Origin: Deferrisomatales bacterium
GTDB taxonomy: Bacteria > Desulfobacterota > Deferrisomatia > Deferrisomatales > JACRMM01
Reading direction: 5' to 3'
DNA length: 49,712 bases
Assembly (NCBI GenBank): GCA_033551855.1
Contig: JAWSUI010000029.1
Location: forward strand, 1 to 49,712
Program-made: the position numbers and the translations under genes
In this document: positions 9,870 through 19,473 of the stretch, in pieces
Position numbering within the stretch: the stretch's first letter is position 1
Layout: each line of letters starts with the position of its first letter
The notes under the pieces: model-generated
What the model was told of the DNA's origin: nothing
Seen by the model: the letters and a program-made list of their open reading frames with translations, nothing else
Database searches by the model: none

Positions 9870-12161
9870 TTACGAGCCGGCCTCCCGCCTCTTGTTCCGG
9901 AGCGCGCCCAGCACCATCTCCGGAGTCACCGGCAACCGGTCGAACTCCACCCCGATGGCGTCGGCAACCGCGTTGACGATCGCCGGCGCGGGCGCGAGCT
10001 GGGTTCCCTCGCCGGCCTCCTTGGCCCCGAAGGGCCCCAGGGGATCGTCGGTGTCGATGTGGATCCCCTCCATCTCGGGCATCTCCATCAGGGTGGGGAA
10101 GCCGTAGTCGAGGAACGAGGGGTTGTGCTGCTGCCCGTCGATGCAGGTGCTGTCCTCGTAGAGGGCCTGGCCCATTCCTCCCACGATGCTCCCCTCGAGC
10201 TGGCCCTCCACCAGCATGGGGTTGATCGGCTGCCCACAGTCGTGGGCCGTCACCATCCGCACCACCTTCACCTTGCCCGTCTCGAGGTCCACTTCCACCT
10301 CGGCCGCCTGGGTCATGAAGGAGTAGTTGGGGCTGAAGTTCCCGTTCTTGGTCAGCAGCGTCGTGGGCTGCTCGGCGGGCGGAATCCAGGAGCCTCGACC
10401 TACGATGGGTAGGGCGTTGTCCGCATACTGATATTCGTGGAGGGCCTCCGCGAGGCTCACCCCCCGCTCTGGGCTCCCCTTGACCCAGATCCGCCGGTTC
10501 GCGGCCGTCAGGTCATCCAAATTCGCCTCGAGCCGGTCGGCCACGAAGGCGAAGAGCTGGTTTCGCACGTCGGTGGCCGCCAGGTAGGCCGCATTGCCGG
10601 CCCGGACCGTGACGCCGGACCCGAAGGTCCCTGCGTCCAGGGGGCAGGTGCCCGTATCGGCCGCGGTGATGTGCACGTCCTCCATGGGCACCCCGATCTG
10701 CTCTGCCACGAGCTGGCAGATCACCGTCTCCGCCCCCTGCCCGATGTCGGCCGCGCCGGAGAGCACGTTCACCCGCCCCTCGCGCAGCAGTTGCACCACG
10801 GCGCCCGAGGCCAGGTGGGCCATGTTTGCCACCCCGGAGGGGAACGACGCCCCCGCCAGGCCCACGCCCCGGCCATAGGGGAGCTTCCCCCGCTTCTCCG
10901 CCCAGCCGATGGCCCGGGCCGCCTCCTTGACGCTGTCTGCGAACCCGCAGGTGTTGATGATGAACCCCGCGGGGTGCGGCTCGCCGGCCACGATGGCGTT
11001 TCGGACCCGCATCTCCGCGGGATCGACCCCGATCCTCCGGGCGATCAAGTCGATCTGGCGCTCGATGGCGAAGCGGGCCTGGGGGATGCCGTGGCCCCGC
11101 ATGGCACCGCCCACAGGCTTGTTGGTATAGACGTGGTAGCCCTCATAGAGGAGGTTCTCGATCCGGTAGGGGATCATGATGAAGAAGCAGGAGAGGGTGA
11201 TCATCAGGGGGGCGGTGGAGTTGTAGGCCCCCCCGTCCGCGTGGGCCGTGATCTGCTGGGCCAGGATCTTCCCCTCCTTGGACACGCCGGTCTTGACGGT
11301 CAGGTACATGGGGTGACGCTGGCGGGTGCACTGGAACGCCTCTTCCCGCTCGTAGAGGAACTTCACGGGCCTCCCCAACTCCCTCGCGAACCAGCAGGCG
11401 CAGAAGTCCTTGGCGAACATGTCGATCTTCTGGCCGAAGCCGCCCCCGACCTTGGGCTTGATCACCCGGACCTTGTTCTCGGGGACGAGCAGCGTGGTGG
11501 CCAGGTTTCGCTTGAGGAAGTAGGGGATCTGGGTGGAGGACCAGATGGTGAGGTCACCGTTCTGGGGGTCGTACTGCGCCAGGGCGGCGTGGGGCTCCAA
11601 CGGCGCGTGGTTCACCGCCTGGGAGTAGAAGGAGTCTTCGAAAACGAATTCGGACGCGGCGAACCCACTGGCGACGTCGCCGAACTCCTTGCGGATCGAG
11701 GCACTGGCGTTGGTGCCGATGGCCTCGTGGATCAGGGGGGCGCCCTCCCGCATCGCCTCCAGGGGGTCGAAGACCGCCGGCAACTCTTCGTACTCCACGC
11801 GTACCAGGCGCGCCGCCTCCTCCGCGGTCTCCGGGTCCACGGCCACGACGGCGGCGACCTCGTCACCGATGTAGCGGACCTTCTCCCGGGCCAGGGCGTG
11901 CTCGTCCTTGGCCTTGGGCACGATGCCGTAGACCCGGTCGGGAATGTCCTTGCCCGTGATCACCCCCTTCACCCCGGGCAGCGCGCGGGCCTGCGCCGTG
12001 TCGATCTGGAGGATGCGGCCGTGGGGGATCGGGGAGCGGACGAGCTTCCCGTAGAGCATGCCCGGCAGCACCAGGTCGTCGGTGAACTGGGCCTGGCCGG
12101 TCACCTTGGCGGCCGCGTCATGCATGGGCAGGCGCTGCCCCACCACGTTCAGGACCTTCAT
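9870..12161 (-). CDS. hcrA: Xanthine oxidase-family molybdopterin subunit, 4-hydroxybenzoyl-CoA reductase alpha-like (copy 1)
   Basis: AKVTG, GGGFG, AMRGHG and GPFGAKEAGE motifs (RGHG and KEAxE as recalled for HcrA). ATG at 12161 overlaps the stop of the [2Fe-2S] gene. Confidence 0.75.
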   Translation of the reverse strand: MKVLNVVGQRLPMHDAAAKVTGQAQFTDDLVLPGMLYGKLVRSPIPHGRILQIDTAQARALPGVKGVITGKDIPDRVYGIVPKAKDEHALAREKVRYIGDEVAAVVAVDPETAEEAARLVRVEYEELPAVFDPLEAMREGAPLIHEAIGTNASASIRKEFGDVASGFAASEFVFEDSFYSQAVNHAPLEPHAALAQYDPQNGDLTIWSSTQIPYFLKRNLATTLLVPENKVRVIKPKVGGGFGQKIDMFAKDFCACWFARELGRPVKFLYEREEAFQCTRQRHPMYLTVKTGVSKEGKILAQQITAHADGGAYNSTAPLMITLSCFFIMIPYRIENLLYEGYHVYTNKPVGGAMRGHGIPQARFAIERQIDLIARRIGVDPAEMRVRNAIVAGEPHPAGFIINTCGFADSVKEAARAIGWAEKRGKLPYGRGVGLAGASFPSGVANMAHLASGAVVQLLREGRVNVLSGAADIGQGAETVICQLVAEQIGVPMEDVHITAADTGTCPLDAGTFGSGVTVRAGNAAYLAATDVRNQLFAFVADRLEANLDDLTAANRRIWVKGSPERGVSLAEALHEYQYADNALPIVGRGSWIPPAEQPTTLLTKNGNFSPNYSFMTQAAEVEVDLETGKVKVVRMVTAHDCGQPINPMLVEGQLEGSIVGGMGQALYEDSTCIDGQQHNPSFLDYGFPTLMEMPEMEGIHIDTDDPLGPFGAKEAGEGTQLAPAPAIVNAVADAIGVEFDRLPVTPEMVLGALRNKRREAGS

Positions 12162-12643
12162 GACGCACCTCCCGACATCCGGGCCGCGGCGATCTCGACC
12201 GCTTCCACGATCTTCACGTACCCCGTGCACCGGCAGAGGTTCCCGGCGAGCTTGCGCCGGATCTCCTCACGCTTGGGCCGGGAGTTCTCGGCCAAGAGCT
12301 CGGTGGCGCTCATGAGGAAGCCGGGAGAGCAGAAACCGCACTGGAGGGCGCCGTGCTCCACGAAGGACTTTTGCAGGGGGGAGAGCTCCCCGTCCTGGGA
12401 GAGGCCCTCGATCGTCCGGACCTCCCGGCCCTCGGCCTCGACCGCCAGCGTGAGGCACGCCAACACGGCCTCCCCGTCCAGGAGCACGGTACAGGCGCCG
12501 CAGGCGCCGAGGTCGCAGCCTCGCTTCGTGCCCGTGAGAAACGCCTTCTCCCGCAGGGTCTCCAGGAGGGTGGCGTTGGGCGCGCAGGCAACCTCGTACA
12601 GGTCGCCGTTGATCGTCAGGGGCAGGATCCGCTTGCCTTCCAT
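12158..12643 (-). CDS. hcrC: 2x[2Fe-2S] subunit, HcrC-like (copy 1)
   Basis: GTKRGCDLGACGACTV, QCGFCSPG and GNLCRCTGY. Confidence 0.85.
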   Translation of the reverse strand: MEGKRILPLTINGDLYEVACAPNATLLETLREKAFLTGTKRGCDLGACGACTVLLDGEAVLACLTLAVEAEGREVRTIEGLSQDGELSPLQKSFVEHGALQCGFCSPGFLMSATELLAENSRPKREEIRRKLAGNLCRCTGYVKIVEAVEIAAARMSGGAS

Positions 12644-12679
12644 CGTCTCTCCCTCCTCCGGGGTTTTCGTGCCTCAGAC

Positions 12680-12889
12680 CACAGGTCCGAGCGATCGGCT
12701 CTCCGCGTGCGTTCGGAGCGAAACCTTCCCTCCGCCGGGCGGGGTCCCGACGCGCCGTGCAGCTCGCGAGGCGGTTTCGGGCGGCCCTACGGCCCCTCGG
12801 TGAGCCCAGAGCAGCGTGCCGAGGCCGCCTGCCCGCTCTCCAGGAAGGCTTCGCTCCCGACTCTGACGCAACTCTCGCTGTAGCACTAG
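12680..12889 (-). mobile_element. ~205-bp MITE-like repeat family B, copy 2, inside the operon between the FAD and Fe-S subunit genes
   Basis: Homologous to 5679-5886. Its end (ctcgctgtagcactag) coincides with the TAG stop of the FAD subunit. Confidence 0.75.
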
Positions 12890-13842
12890 GCCAGGGCCCG
12901 CAAGGCCCGCGCGGCCAAGGTCGCCATCAGCTCTCTCTTGAAGCCCACCGGGTGCATCGTGGTCGGCACCACCTTGGCGGCCTTGGGGGCCAGCGCCGCC
13001 GCCTCGCCGATGGACGCCTCGGTCCACGCCGCCCCCTCGAGCGCCGCCTCCAGCCCCGGGGCCCGCACCGGGGCACGGTCCACGGCAGTGAAGGCGACCC
13101 GGGCGGCGGCGTCTCCCCTCCAAGCCGCCACACCCACGACCGGGAAGTCGATGGCTCCCCGGAGGCTGAACTTCTCGTAGTGAGAGCAGCCGTTTGCCGC
13201 GGCCGCGGGGATCGCCACCTCCGTCACGATCTCGGCCGGTCCCAGGGAGAGAGGCCTGCGGCCTTCCCCCGAGTAGAGCTCGGCCAGCGGCATCCGGCGG
13301 GCGCCGGCAGGTCCCCGGACGGTCACGTCGGCGCCCAGGGCCAGGAGCGCCGGGGCCACGTCCCCCGAGTAGGTGGAGAAGCACACGCCCTTCCGGCCCA
13401 CGACGTGGCAGTCCTCGCCGCCGGCTTTGAAGCAGAGGCTTCGTGCCTGGCGCCACTCCCACGACTGGTTGAAGAAACGGCACCGCGTGTTCTGGCACAG
13501 GTTGCCGGCGAGGGTTCCCATGGTCTGGTGGCGGTACGAGCCCACTGCCGCAGCCGCCTGGACGAGCGCCGGGAACTTCCTGGCGAGGCTCTCGTCCCGC
13601 TGGATCTCCTTGAGCGTGGTGGCGCCGCCGATGACCGTAGCGCCGGCCTCCTCGCGGACGCCCCTGAGCTCCGCCAGGTGCTTCAAGGGGACCAGGGCGG
13701 GCGGCGCCTCGACCCGGTGCTTCAGGTTCACCAGGAGGTCGGTGCCCCCGGCCAGCGCCTTCGCGCCGGGGCTCGCTCCGAGCAGGCGCACGGCCTCCCC
13801 CGGATCGGAAGGCCGGAGATACGAGAATGGCGGCAGACGCAT
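12886..13842 (-). CDS. hcrB: FAD-binding subunit with [4Fe-4S] insertion loop, 4-hydroxybenzoyl-CoA reductase beta-like
   Basis: AGGTDL and TLAGNL followed by the Cys-rich insert CQNTRCRFFNQSWEWRQARSLCFKAGGEDCHVVGRKGVCFSTYSGD typical of HcrB. Confidence 0.85.
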   Translation of the reverse strand: MRLPPFSYLRPSDPGEAVRLLGASPGAKALAGGTDLLVNLKHRVEAPPALVPLKHLAELRGVREEAGATVIGGATTLKEIQRDESLARKFPALVQAAAAVGSYRHQTMGTLAGNLCQNTRCRFFNQSWEWRQARSLCFKAGGEDCHVVGRKGVCFSTYSGDVAPALLALGADVTVRGPAGARRMPLAELYSGEGRRPLSLGPAEIVTEVAIPAAAANGCSHYEKFSLRGAIDFPVVGVAAWRGDAAARVAFTAVDRAPVRAPGLEAALEGAAWTEASIGEAAALAPKAAKVVPTTMHPVGFKRELMATLAARALRALA

Positions 13843-13858
13843 GGGATACCTCCTGAGG

Positions 13859-15496
13859 TTACCTTCGCAGGACCTGTTTCTCGGCCGCCGAAGCGGCGAG
13901 GTCGGCCACGCCCCCGCGGCCGAACCGCTTCACCTTGAGCCCGCCCGAGAGGCGGGGGAACTCCGGCAGCACCAGGAGCTCGTCCGGGAGCTTGAACTCG
14001 GCGATCTTCCCGTGCAGGAAGGACCGAAGTCCCTCCAGGGTGAGGGGGGTCGCGGACCCGTCGACCTTCACGCAGGCGCAGATGGACTCCCCGAGCACCG
14101 GATTGGGCGTGCCCACGACACACGCCTCCACCACACCCGGGTGCTCCGCGACCAGGGCCTCGATCTCTGAGGGAATGATCTTGAAGCCGCCACGGTTGAT
14201 CCAGTCCTTCAGGCGCCCCAGGATCCGGAAGCACCCGTTATCGTCCCTCGCCACCAGGTCTCCGGTGTGGAGCCACCCCGCGCGAAGCTGCCGATCGGTC
14301 TCCTCGGGGTTCCTCCAGTACCCCCGGGTCACGTGCCAGCCCCGGAGAAGGAGCTCTCCCGGCTCGCCCGGGGGCAGGTCCCTCCCGGTAGCGGGGTCCA
14401 CGACCCTCGCGCCGGTCCCTTCCAGGGGGTAGCCGATGTATCGCTCTCGGACCTCGAGCGGCGACGGGTAGGGCAGGATGATCGAGAGGCCCGGCCCCAC
14501 TTCCGAGGATCCGAGAAACGAGGAGATGGGGATCCCCATCTCCTCCTGCACCCGGCGGATGAGGCCGGCGGGCGCGATCTGGCCGGCGATCAGACCCGCC
14601 CGGAGCGAGGAGAGGTCGTAGCGGGGCCGGGCCGGGTGATTGAGCTCCAGCAGGTAGTGGGCGGGGGCGGCGAGCTGCAGCGTGACCCGCTCCTCCTCGA
14701 TGAGGTGGAAGGCCCTTTCCGGGGTGAAGTGGTCCAGGATCGCGACCGTCGCCCCGATCAGGACGGGCTGGATCAGGTGGGCCCCACACCCATACGAGTG
14801 GCTCATGGCCAGGAAGCCGATGAAGACGTCGTCCTCGGTGGCGTTCACGCCCAAGGAGTAGGACCACCCAGCCCGGACGGCCTGGGACTGGCAGATCGTC
14901 GCCCCCTTGGGCCGCCCGGTAGTGCCCGAGGTGTAGATCAGCATGGAAAGGTCTTCAGGCCCCACCCCCGGCTGCCCGCGGTCCCCCTCGGCGGCGAAGA
15001 GCTCGTCGAGAGGCCTGACCCGCGGGTCGCACTGCCGCGGGGCCGGGCGTCCCCGGACCGCCACCACGTACTCCAGATCGGGAAGCCCGTCGAGCCCCAA
15101 CACGGCCTCGACGTAGTCGTACCCCTGCCATTCATCGGAGAGGAACACCGCCCGGGCCCCGGAGCTCTCGAGAATGAAGCGGGCCTCCCTCTCCCGGTAG
15201 GCGGGATTGATCCAGGCGACGACGACTCCCAACCGCTGGAGGGCGTAGAAGAGGACGAAGAGCTCGAGGCAGTTGGGCAGGTAGACGGCTGCCACCGAGC
15301 CGCGGGTGAGCCCCAGGCCCCGGAGCCCCGCCGAGAGCTGCTCGGCCTGCCGGACCATCCCCCCGAAGGTGAGGCGGCGCTCCCCGTCCACCACGGCCAA
15401 CTTCTCTGGCAGGCGCTCCGCCGTCCGCCGGGCCGCCTCCCAGACGGTGCGGCGCGCGAGGTCGGCGTAAACGGCGGCAGGATCGACTCCGGCCAT
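13859..15496 (-). CDS. Class I AMP-dependent (aryl/acyl)-CoA ligase
   Basis: YTSGTTGRPKG, GWLHTGD, GRLKDWINRGG and EFKLP motifs. Start at 15496 (GGAGAAGG RBS) is preferred over 15520. Confidence 0.88.
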   Translation of the reverse strand: MAGVDPAAVYADLARRTVWEAARRTAERLPEKLAVVDGERRLTFGGMVRQAEQLSAGLRGLGLTRGSVAAVYLPNCLELFVLFYALQRLGVVVAWINPAYREREARFILESSGARAVFLSDEWQGYDYVEAVLGLDGLPDLEYVVAVRGRPAPRQCDPRVRPLDELFAAEGDRGQPGVGPEDLSMLIYTSGTTGRPKGATICQSQAVRAGWSYSLGVNATEDDVFIGFLAMSHSYGCGAHLIQPVLIGATVAILDHFTPERAFHLIEEERVTLQLAAPAHYLLELNHPARPRYDLSSLRAGLIAGQIAPAGLIRRVQEEMGIPISSFLGSSEVGPGLSIILPYPSPLEVRERYIGYPLEGTGARVVDPATGRDLPPGEPGELLLRGWHVTRGYWRNPEETDRQLRAGWLHTGDLVARDDNGCFRILGRLKDWINRGGFKIIPSEIEALVAEHPGVVEACVVGTPNPVLGESICACVKVDGSATPLTLEGLRSFLHGKIAEFKLPDELLVLPEFPRLSGGLKVKRFGRGGVADLAASAAEKQVLRR

Positions 15497-15518
15497 GCCT
15501 TCTCCGGGTGGGCGGTTC

Positions 15519-15550
15519 ATTTCATTCTGTGAAATCTCGTTTCAGTTTCA
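15519..15550. promoter_or_regulatory. Overlapping palindromic operator array (IclR/KdgR-type)
   Basis: ATTTCA-N5-TGAAAT (15519-15535) overlaps TGAAA-N5-TTTCA (15530-15544), plus TTTCA at 15546-15550, directly downstream of the -10 box. Confidence 0.6.
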
Positions 15551-15554
15551 AGGG

Positions 15555-15582
15555 AGTATAGCGCGGCTGCGGGGAGAGTCAA
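15555..15582 (-). promoter_or_regulatory. Putative sigma70 promoter of the CoA ligase-hcrBCA operon
   Basis: Minus strand TTGACT (15582-15577), 16-nt spacer, TATACT (15560-15555). Confidence 0.65.
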
Positions 15583-15752
15583 GCGAGAACTCGCTCATTC
15601 GCGAAGGCAGGACGCGGTGTTTCCGGGCGGCTCGCGGCAGTCCGTCGGTTGACGGCGGGGGCAGTCAGGAATGGCGGCAGCTCCGGGGGCCGGGGGTAGC
15701 ACCAACGGTGGTGGGGAAGGTGGGGGGTGAAGGCGGAGAAGACCGCAGCGAC

Positions 15753-16388
15753 TCAGGCGGGGGAGACGTCCAGGTGCCCCAGGGTGCCCAGCTCCCGAGC
15801 CGAGGCGAGGTGCAGGTGGGGGGGCGAGGGCTCGGGGCCCACGAGGACGGTGGTCATGCCGAGGGAGCGGCCGGTGTCGAGGTTCTCCACCAGGTCGTCC
15901 ACCATCCAGCAGGCGGCGGCCTCGGTGTCGAGGGCCTCGAGGAGCCGGCGGTAGCCGCGGGGGTCGGGTTTGGGGACGTAGCCCATGAAGGCGATGTCGA
16001 AGACGGCCTCCACGGCGGCCTCCACCCCCAGGAGGCCGAGCACGGCCCGGGCGTGGGACTCGGAGCCGTTGGTGAAGACGACCTTCCGGCCGGGCAGGCG
16101 GCCCAGGACCTCGGCGAGGACGGGGTCAGGGGCCAGGTATTCCGCGAGGGGCACGTCGTGGACGAAGGAGAGGTAGTGGTCCGGAAACACGCCGTGGTGG
16201 GCCAGGAGCCCTCCCAGGGTGACCCCGTACACCGCCCGGTAGCGGCGGCGAAGCTCGGGGATGGCCTCGACGGCGATCCCCAGAACCTCGCCCATGTACG
16301 CGTCGATGCGCCGGTCCACCTCGGCGAAGAGCCCCGAAGTGCGCGGGTAGAGGGTGTTGTCGAGGTCGAGGATCCAGGTGCGGGTCAT
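15753..16388 (-). CDS. HAD hydrolase, pyrimidine 5'-nucleotidase-like
   Basis: LDLDNTLYP, YGVTLGGL, VFTNG, PKP and MVDDLVENL motifs. Confidence 0.85.
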   Translation of the reverse strand: MTRTWILDLDNTLYPRTSGLFAEVDRRIDAYMGEVLGIAVEAIPELRRRYRAVYGVTLGGLLAHHGVFPDHYLSFVHDVPLAEYLAPDPVLAEVLGRLPGRKVVFTNGSESHARAVLGLLGVEAAVEAVFDIAFMGYVPKPDPRGYRRLLEALDTEAAACWMVDDLVENLDTGRSLGMTTVLVGPEPSPPHLHLASARELGTLGHLDVSPA

Positions 16389-16421
16389 CGGCACACGGTC
16401 ACGGCAGGAAGGATCTCTTGC

Positions 16422-16560
16422 ACCGCAGAGGCGCGGATGTCGCCGAGGAAGGCCAAAGTCTGGATCTCAGGAGGGTGGGCTGCGACAGACTTTCGGGATT
16501 TCCCGCCGCAACCCCGTCCGCACGCATTCGATGTCTCTGCGTCCTCTGCGCCTCTGCGGT
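16422..16560. repeat. REP-like inverted repeat pair ACCGCAGAGGCGC...GCGCCTCTGCGGT
   Basis: Perfect 13-bp IR (16422-16434 / 16548-16560) with additional degenerate CTCTGCG units. Core related to repeat family A. Confidence 0.7.
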
Positions 16561-16578
16561 TCCCCCCCCAGGCCTCCC

Positions 16579-18870
16579 TCACCGCCCCTCCCTCTTGTCC
16601 CGCATGGCCCGCCACACCTTCTCGTAGGACAGGGGCAGGCTGTTCACCCGCACGCCCATGGCGTCGAAGATGGCGTTGGAGAAGCAACCCATGGTCGGGT
16701 TCGTCGCCCCCTCGCCGATCTCCTTCACGCCCCAGGGCCCGGCGGGCTCATGGCAGGCGACGACCTCGGAGTGTACCCGGGGCATGTCCAGTGCCGTGGG
16801 AATGCGGTAGTTGGCGAGGTCTGGGTTCTTGATGGCCCCGTTCTCGTCGAAGACCACCTGCTCCCACACCGTCTCCCCCATCCCCATCGCCAGCGCCCCG
16901 TGGACCTGGCCGTGGAGGAGGCGGGGGTTGATCACGGTCCCGCAGTCGTGGACGTCCCAGACGTCGAGGACGGTGATCTCGCCGGTTTCCTCGTCGATCT
17001 GCACCTCGGCGGCCTGGACCCCGAAGCTGTAGGCGGGGCTCGTGCCCACCGGCGCCCCCTTGAAGGTGCCGCCGAGCTTGGGGGGCTTGTAGGAGCCCTT
17101 TCCCACCAGCGGCCCGTGGAGGACGAAGTGCCGCCGCGCCGCGTCTTCGAAGGCCAGGGCCTTGTCCGCGCGGGTGACCGAGACGATGAGCCCGTCGCGG
17201 CAGTCCAGGTCCTCGGCGGGCACCTCGAGCATCTCGGCGGCCGCGGCGAGCACCTGGCGCTTGACCTCCTCGCCGGCCTCCTTGGCCGCCGCGCCGGTCA
17301 TGAGGGTCTGTCGGCTGGAATACGCCCCCAGGTCCATGGGGCAGGTCTCGGTGTCGGCGGCGACGATCCGCATCTGCTCGTAGCGGTAGCCCATGGCCTC
17401 GGCCGCCATCTGGCAGAGCACGGTGTCCGAGCCCTGCCCGATGTCCGGGGCCCCGGTGTAGAGGGTCGCGGAGGTGCCGTCCTGGTTGACCTTGAGCACC
17501 ACCGCCGAGTGGGGGAGGTCCGTCCGGTAGATCGGGTACCCCGCGCCGGAGACGAAGCTCCCGGTGGCGACCCCGATGCCCCGGCCCCGGGGGAGCTTGC
17601 CCTTCTTCGCGTCCCAGCCCGAGATCTCCCGGGTCCGCTCCAGGCACTGTTTGAGCTCGCAGGTGTTCACCCCGAAGTCGTTGGGGGTCACCGTGTCGGG
17701 CCGGCGGGCGTTGACCAGCCGAATGTCCATGGGGTCCATCCCCAGGTCCGCGGCCACGTTGTCCAGGTGGCTCTCGAAGGCGTACTTGGGCTGCGGGGCG
17801 CCGTGTCCCCGCTGGGCGCCGCAGGCCGGCAGGTTCGTGTAGACCCGGTAGAGGTCGAACTTGTAGTGGTCGAACTCGTAGGTCAGCGGCAGCAGCGCCC
17901 CCGCGTAGTAGGCCGTGGCGATTCCCAGGCTCGTGTAGGCGCCGCCGTCCATGAGGAAGTTGGCGTGGGCACCGAGGATCTTGCCCTCCGCCGTGACACC
18001 CGTCGTGATCTCCATGTACTGGGCGTGGCGCCCCCGGTTGTGGGCGAACATCTCGGCCCGGTCGTAGAACATGCGCACCGGCCGACCGGTGATCCGCGCC
18101 AGGGCCGCGCCGGCGAACTCCAGCCCGGTAGGCTCGAGCTTCCCCCCGAATCCGCCCCCCAGGTAGGGCTTGATGACCCGCACGTCTCCCATGGGAAGGC
18201 CGAACTCCCGGGCGATGTAGTACTGGAAGTAGTGGGGGGACTGGGTGCTGGAGTAGACCGTGAGCTTTCCCCCCTCCCACATCGAGATGGCCGAGTGGGG
18301 CTCGATGGGCGCCTGGTAGGTGCGCTGGCCCAGAAAGGCGTCGGTGCGCACGTGGTGCGCCTCGGCGAAGGCTGCCTCGATGTCGCCGAAGCTCTGGTGG
18401 ATCTCGGTGTTGATGTTCCCCGGGTACTCGTCGTGGACCTGGGGCGCGCCCTCCTCCATGGCCCGGCGGAAGTCGAGCACCGCCGGCAGCGGCTCGTACT
18501 CAACCCGTATGAGCTTGAGCGCCCGGTAGCAGGTCTCCTCGTCCACGCACGCCACCGCGGCGACCTTGTCCCCCACGAACCGAACCTTGTCGATGCAGAA
18601 GATGTTCTCGTCCCACCGGGCCGGGCTGATGCCGTACTTGAGGGACGGAACGTGGCGGTGGGTGATGACCGCCTTCACCCCCGGCAGGCGCTCGGCCTCG
18701 GAGGTGTCGATGCAGAGGATCCGGGCGTGGGCGTGGGGGCTCGTGAGGATCTTGCCGTGGAGCATGTTGGGGAACTTGAGGTCCCCGGTGTACTTGGCAG
18801 CCCCGGTCACTTTCTCGCGGCCGTCGATGCGGGGGACGCTTCGGCCGATCACGCTGTGCTTGGGTCGCAT
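16579..18870 (-). CDS. hcrA: Xanthine oxidase-family molybdopterin subunit, 4-hydroxybenzoyl-CoA reductase alpha-like (copy 2)
   Basis: DGREKVTG, GGGFGGK, AQRGHG, GAYSSRQT and GPWGVKEIGE motifs. Confidence 0.75.
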   Translation of the reverse strand: MRPKHSVIGRSVPRIDGREKVTGAAKYTGDLKFPNMLHGKILTSPHAHARILCIDTSEAERLPGVKAVITHRHVPSLKYGISPARWDENIFCIDKVRFVGDKVAAVACVDEETCYRALKLIRVEYEPLPAVLDFRRAMEEGAPQVHDEYPGNINTEIHQSFGDIEAAFAEAHHVRTDAFLGQRTYQAPIEPHSAISMWEGGKLTVYSSTQSPHYFQYYIAREFGLPMGDVRVIKPYLGGGFGGKLEPTGLEFAGAALARITGRPVRMFYDRAEMFAHNRGRHAQYMEITTGVTAEGKILGAHANFLMDGGAYTSLGIATAYYAGALLPLTYEFDHYKFDLYRVYTNLPACGAQRGHGAPQPKYAFESHLDNVAADLGMDPMDIRLVNARRPDTVTPNDFGVNTCELKQCLERTREISGWDAKKGKLPRGRGIGVATGSFVSGAGYPIYRTDLPHSAVVLKVNQDGTSATLYTGAPDIGQGSDTVLCQMAAEAMGYRYEQMRIVAADTETCPMDLGAYSSRQTLMTGAAAKEAGEEVKRQVLAAAAEMLEVPAEDLDCRDGLIVSVTRADKALAFEDAARRHFVLHGPLVGKGSYKPPKLGGTFKGAPVGTSPAYSFGVQAAEVQIDEETGEITVLDVWDVHDCGTVINPRLLHGQVHGALAMGMGETVWEQVVFDENGAIKNPDLANYRIPTALDMPRVHSEVVACHEPAGPWGVKEIGEGATNPTMGCFSNAIFDAMGVRVNSLPLSYEKVWRAMRDKREGR

Positions 18871-18900
18871 GGTTTCTGATCCGTGGTCGGTTGGGGTTCG

Positions 18901-18936
18901 ATGGGACGTATGGGACCTATGGGACCTATGGGGCCG
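18901..18936. repeat. 9-mer tandem repeat (ATGGGACCT)x4, degenerate
   Basis: atgggacgt atgggacct atgggacct atggggccg in the spacer between the Fe-S and Mo subunit genes. Confidence 0.8.
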
Positions 18937-19473
18937 TCACCCCTTCAGCCACTCCACGCCGGGCTCGTCCTCGGGGGCGGTGCGGCCCTCCGCCACGGCC
19001 TGCACGGCCTCGACGATGTGCACGTAGCCGGTGCACCGGCACAGGTTCCCGCCGATGGCTTCCCGGATCTCGGCCTCGGTCGGCCGGGGGTTGCGGGTCA
19101 GGAGCGCCTTGGCCGAGAGGATCATCCCGGGGGTGCAGTAGCCGCACTGGACCGCCCCGTGGTTGATGAAGCTCTCCTGGAGGGCGTCGAGCTCCCCGTT
19201 GCCGGCGACCCCCTCGATGGTGACGACCTCGCGGCCGTCCGCCTCCACCGCGAGCACCAGGCACGAGTTCACGGGTTGGCCGTCGAGGAGCACGGTGCAC
19301 GACCCGCAGTCCCCCAGCTCGCAGCCCTTCTTCGTGCCGGTGAGCTCGCACTCGTCGCGCAGCACGTTGGTCAGCGTCGCATTGGCCTTGACCACCGCCG
19401 TTCGCTCGTCGCCGTTCACCCGCAGGGTGATCAGGTAGCGCTTGACGCCTTGTCTGTCGCTCAAGGATTGCAT
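18937..19473 (-). CDS. 2x[2Fe-2S] subunit, HcrC/PcmS-like (copy 2)
   Basis: GTKKGCELGDCGSCTV, QCGYCTPG and GNLCRCTGY. ATG at 19473 with GAGGA RBS. Confidence 0.85.
   Translation of the reverse strand: MQSLSDRQGVKRYLITLRVNGDERTAVVKANATLTNVLRDECELTGTKKGCELGDCGSCTVLLDGQPVNSCLVLAVEADGREVVTIEGVAGNGELDALQESFINHGAVQCGYCTPGMILSAKALLTRNPRPTEAEIREAIGGNLCRCTGYVHIVEAVQAVAEGRTAPEDEPGVEWLKG

Noticed and set aside
18901..18936. CRISPR array (also considered for 28-62 and 40813-40854)
   Set aside because: Units are 7-9 bp with no unique spacers, and there are no cas genes
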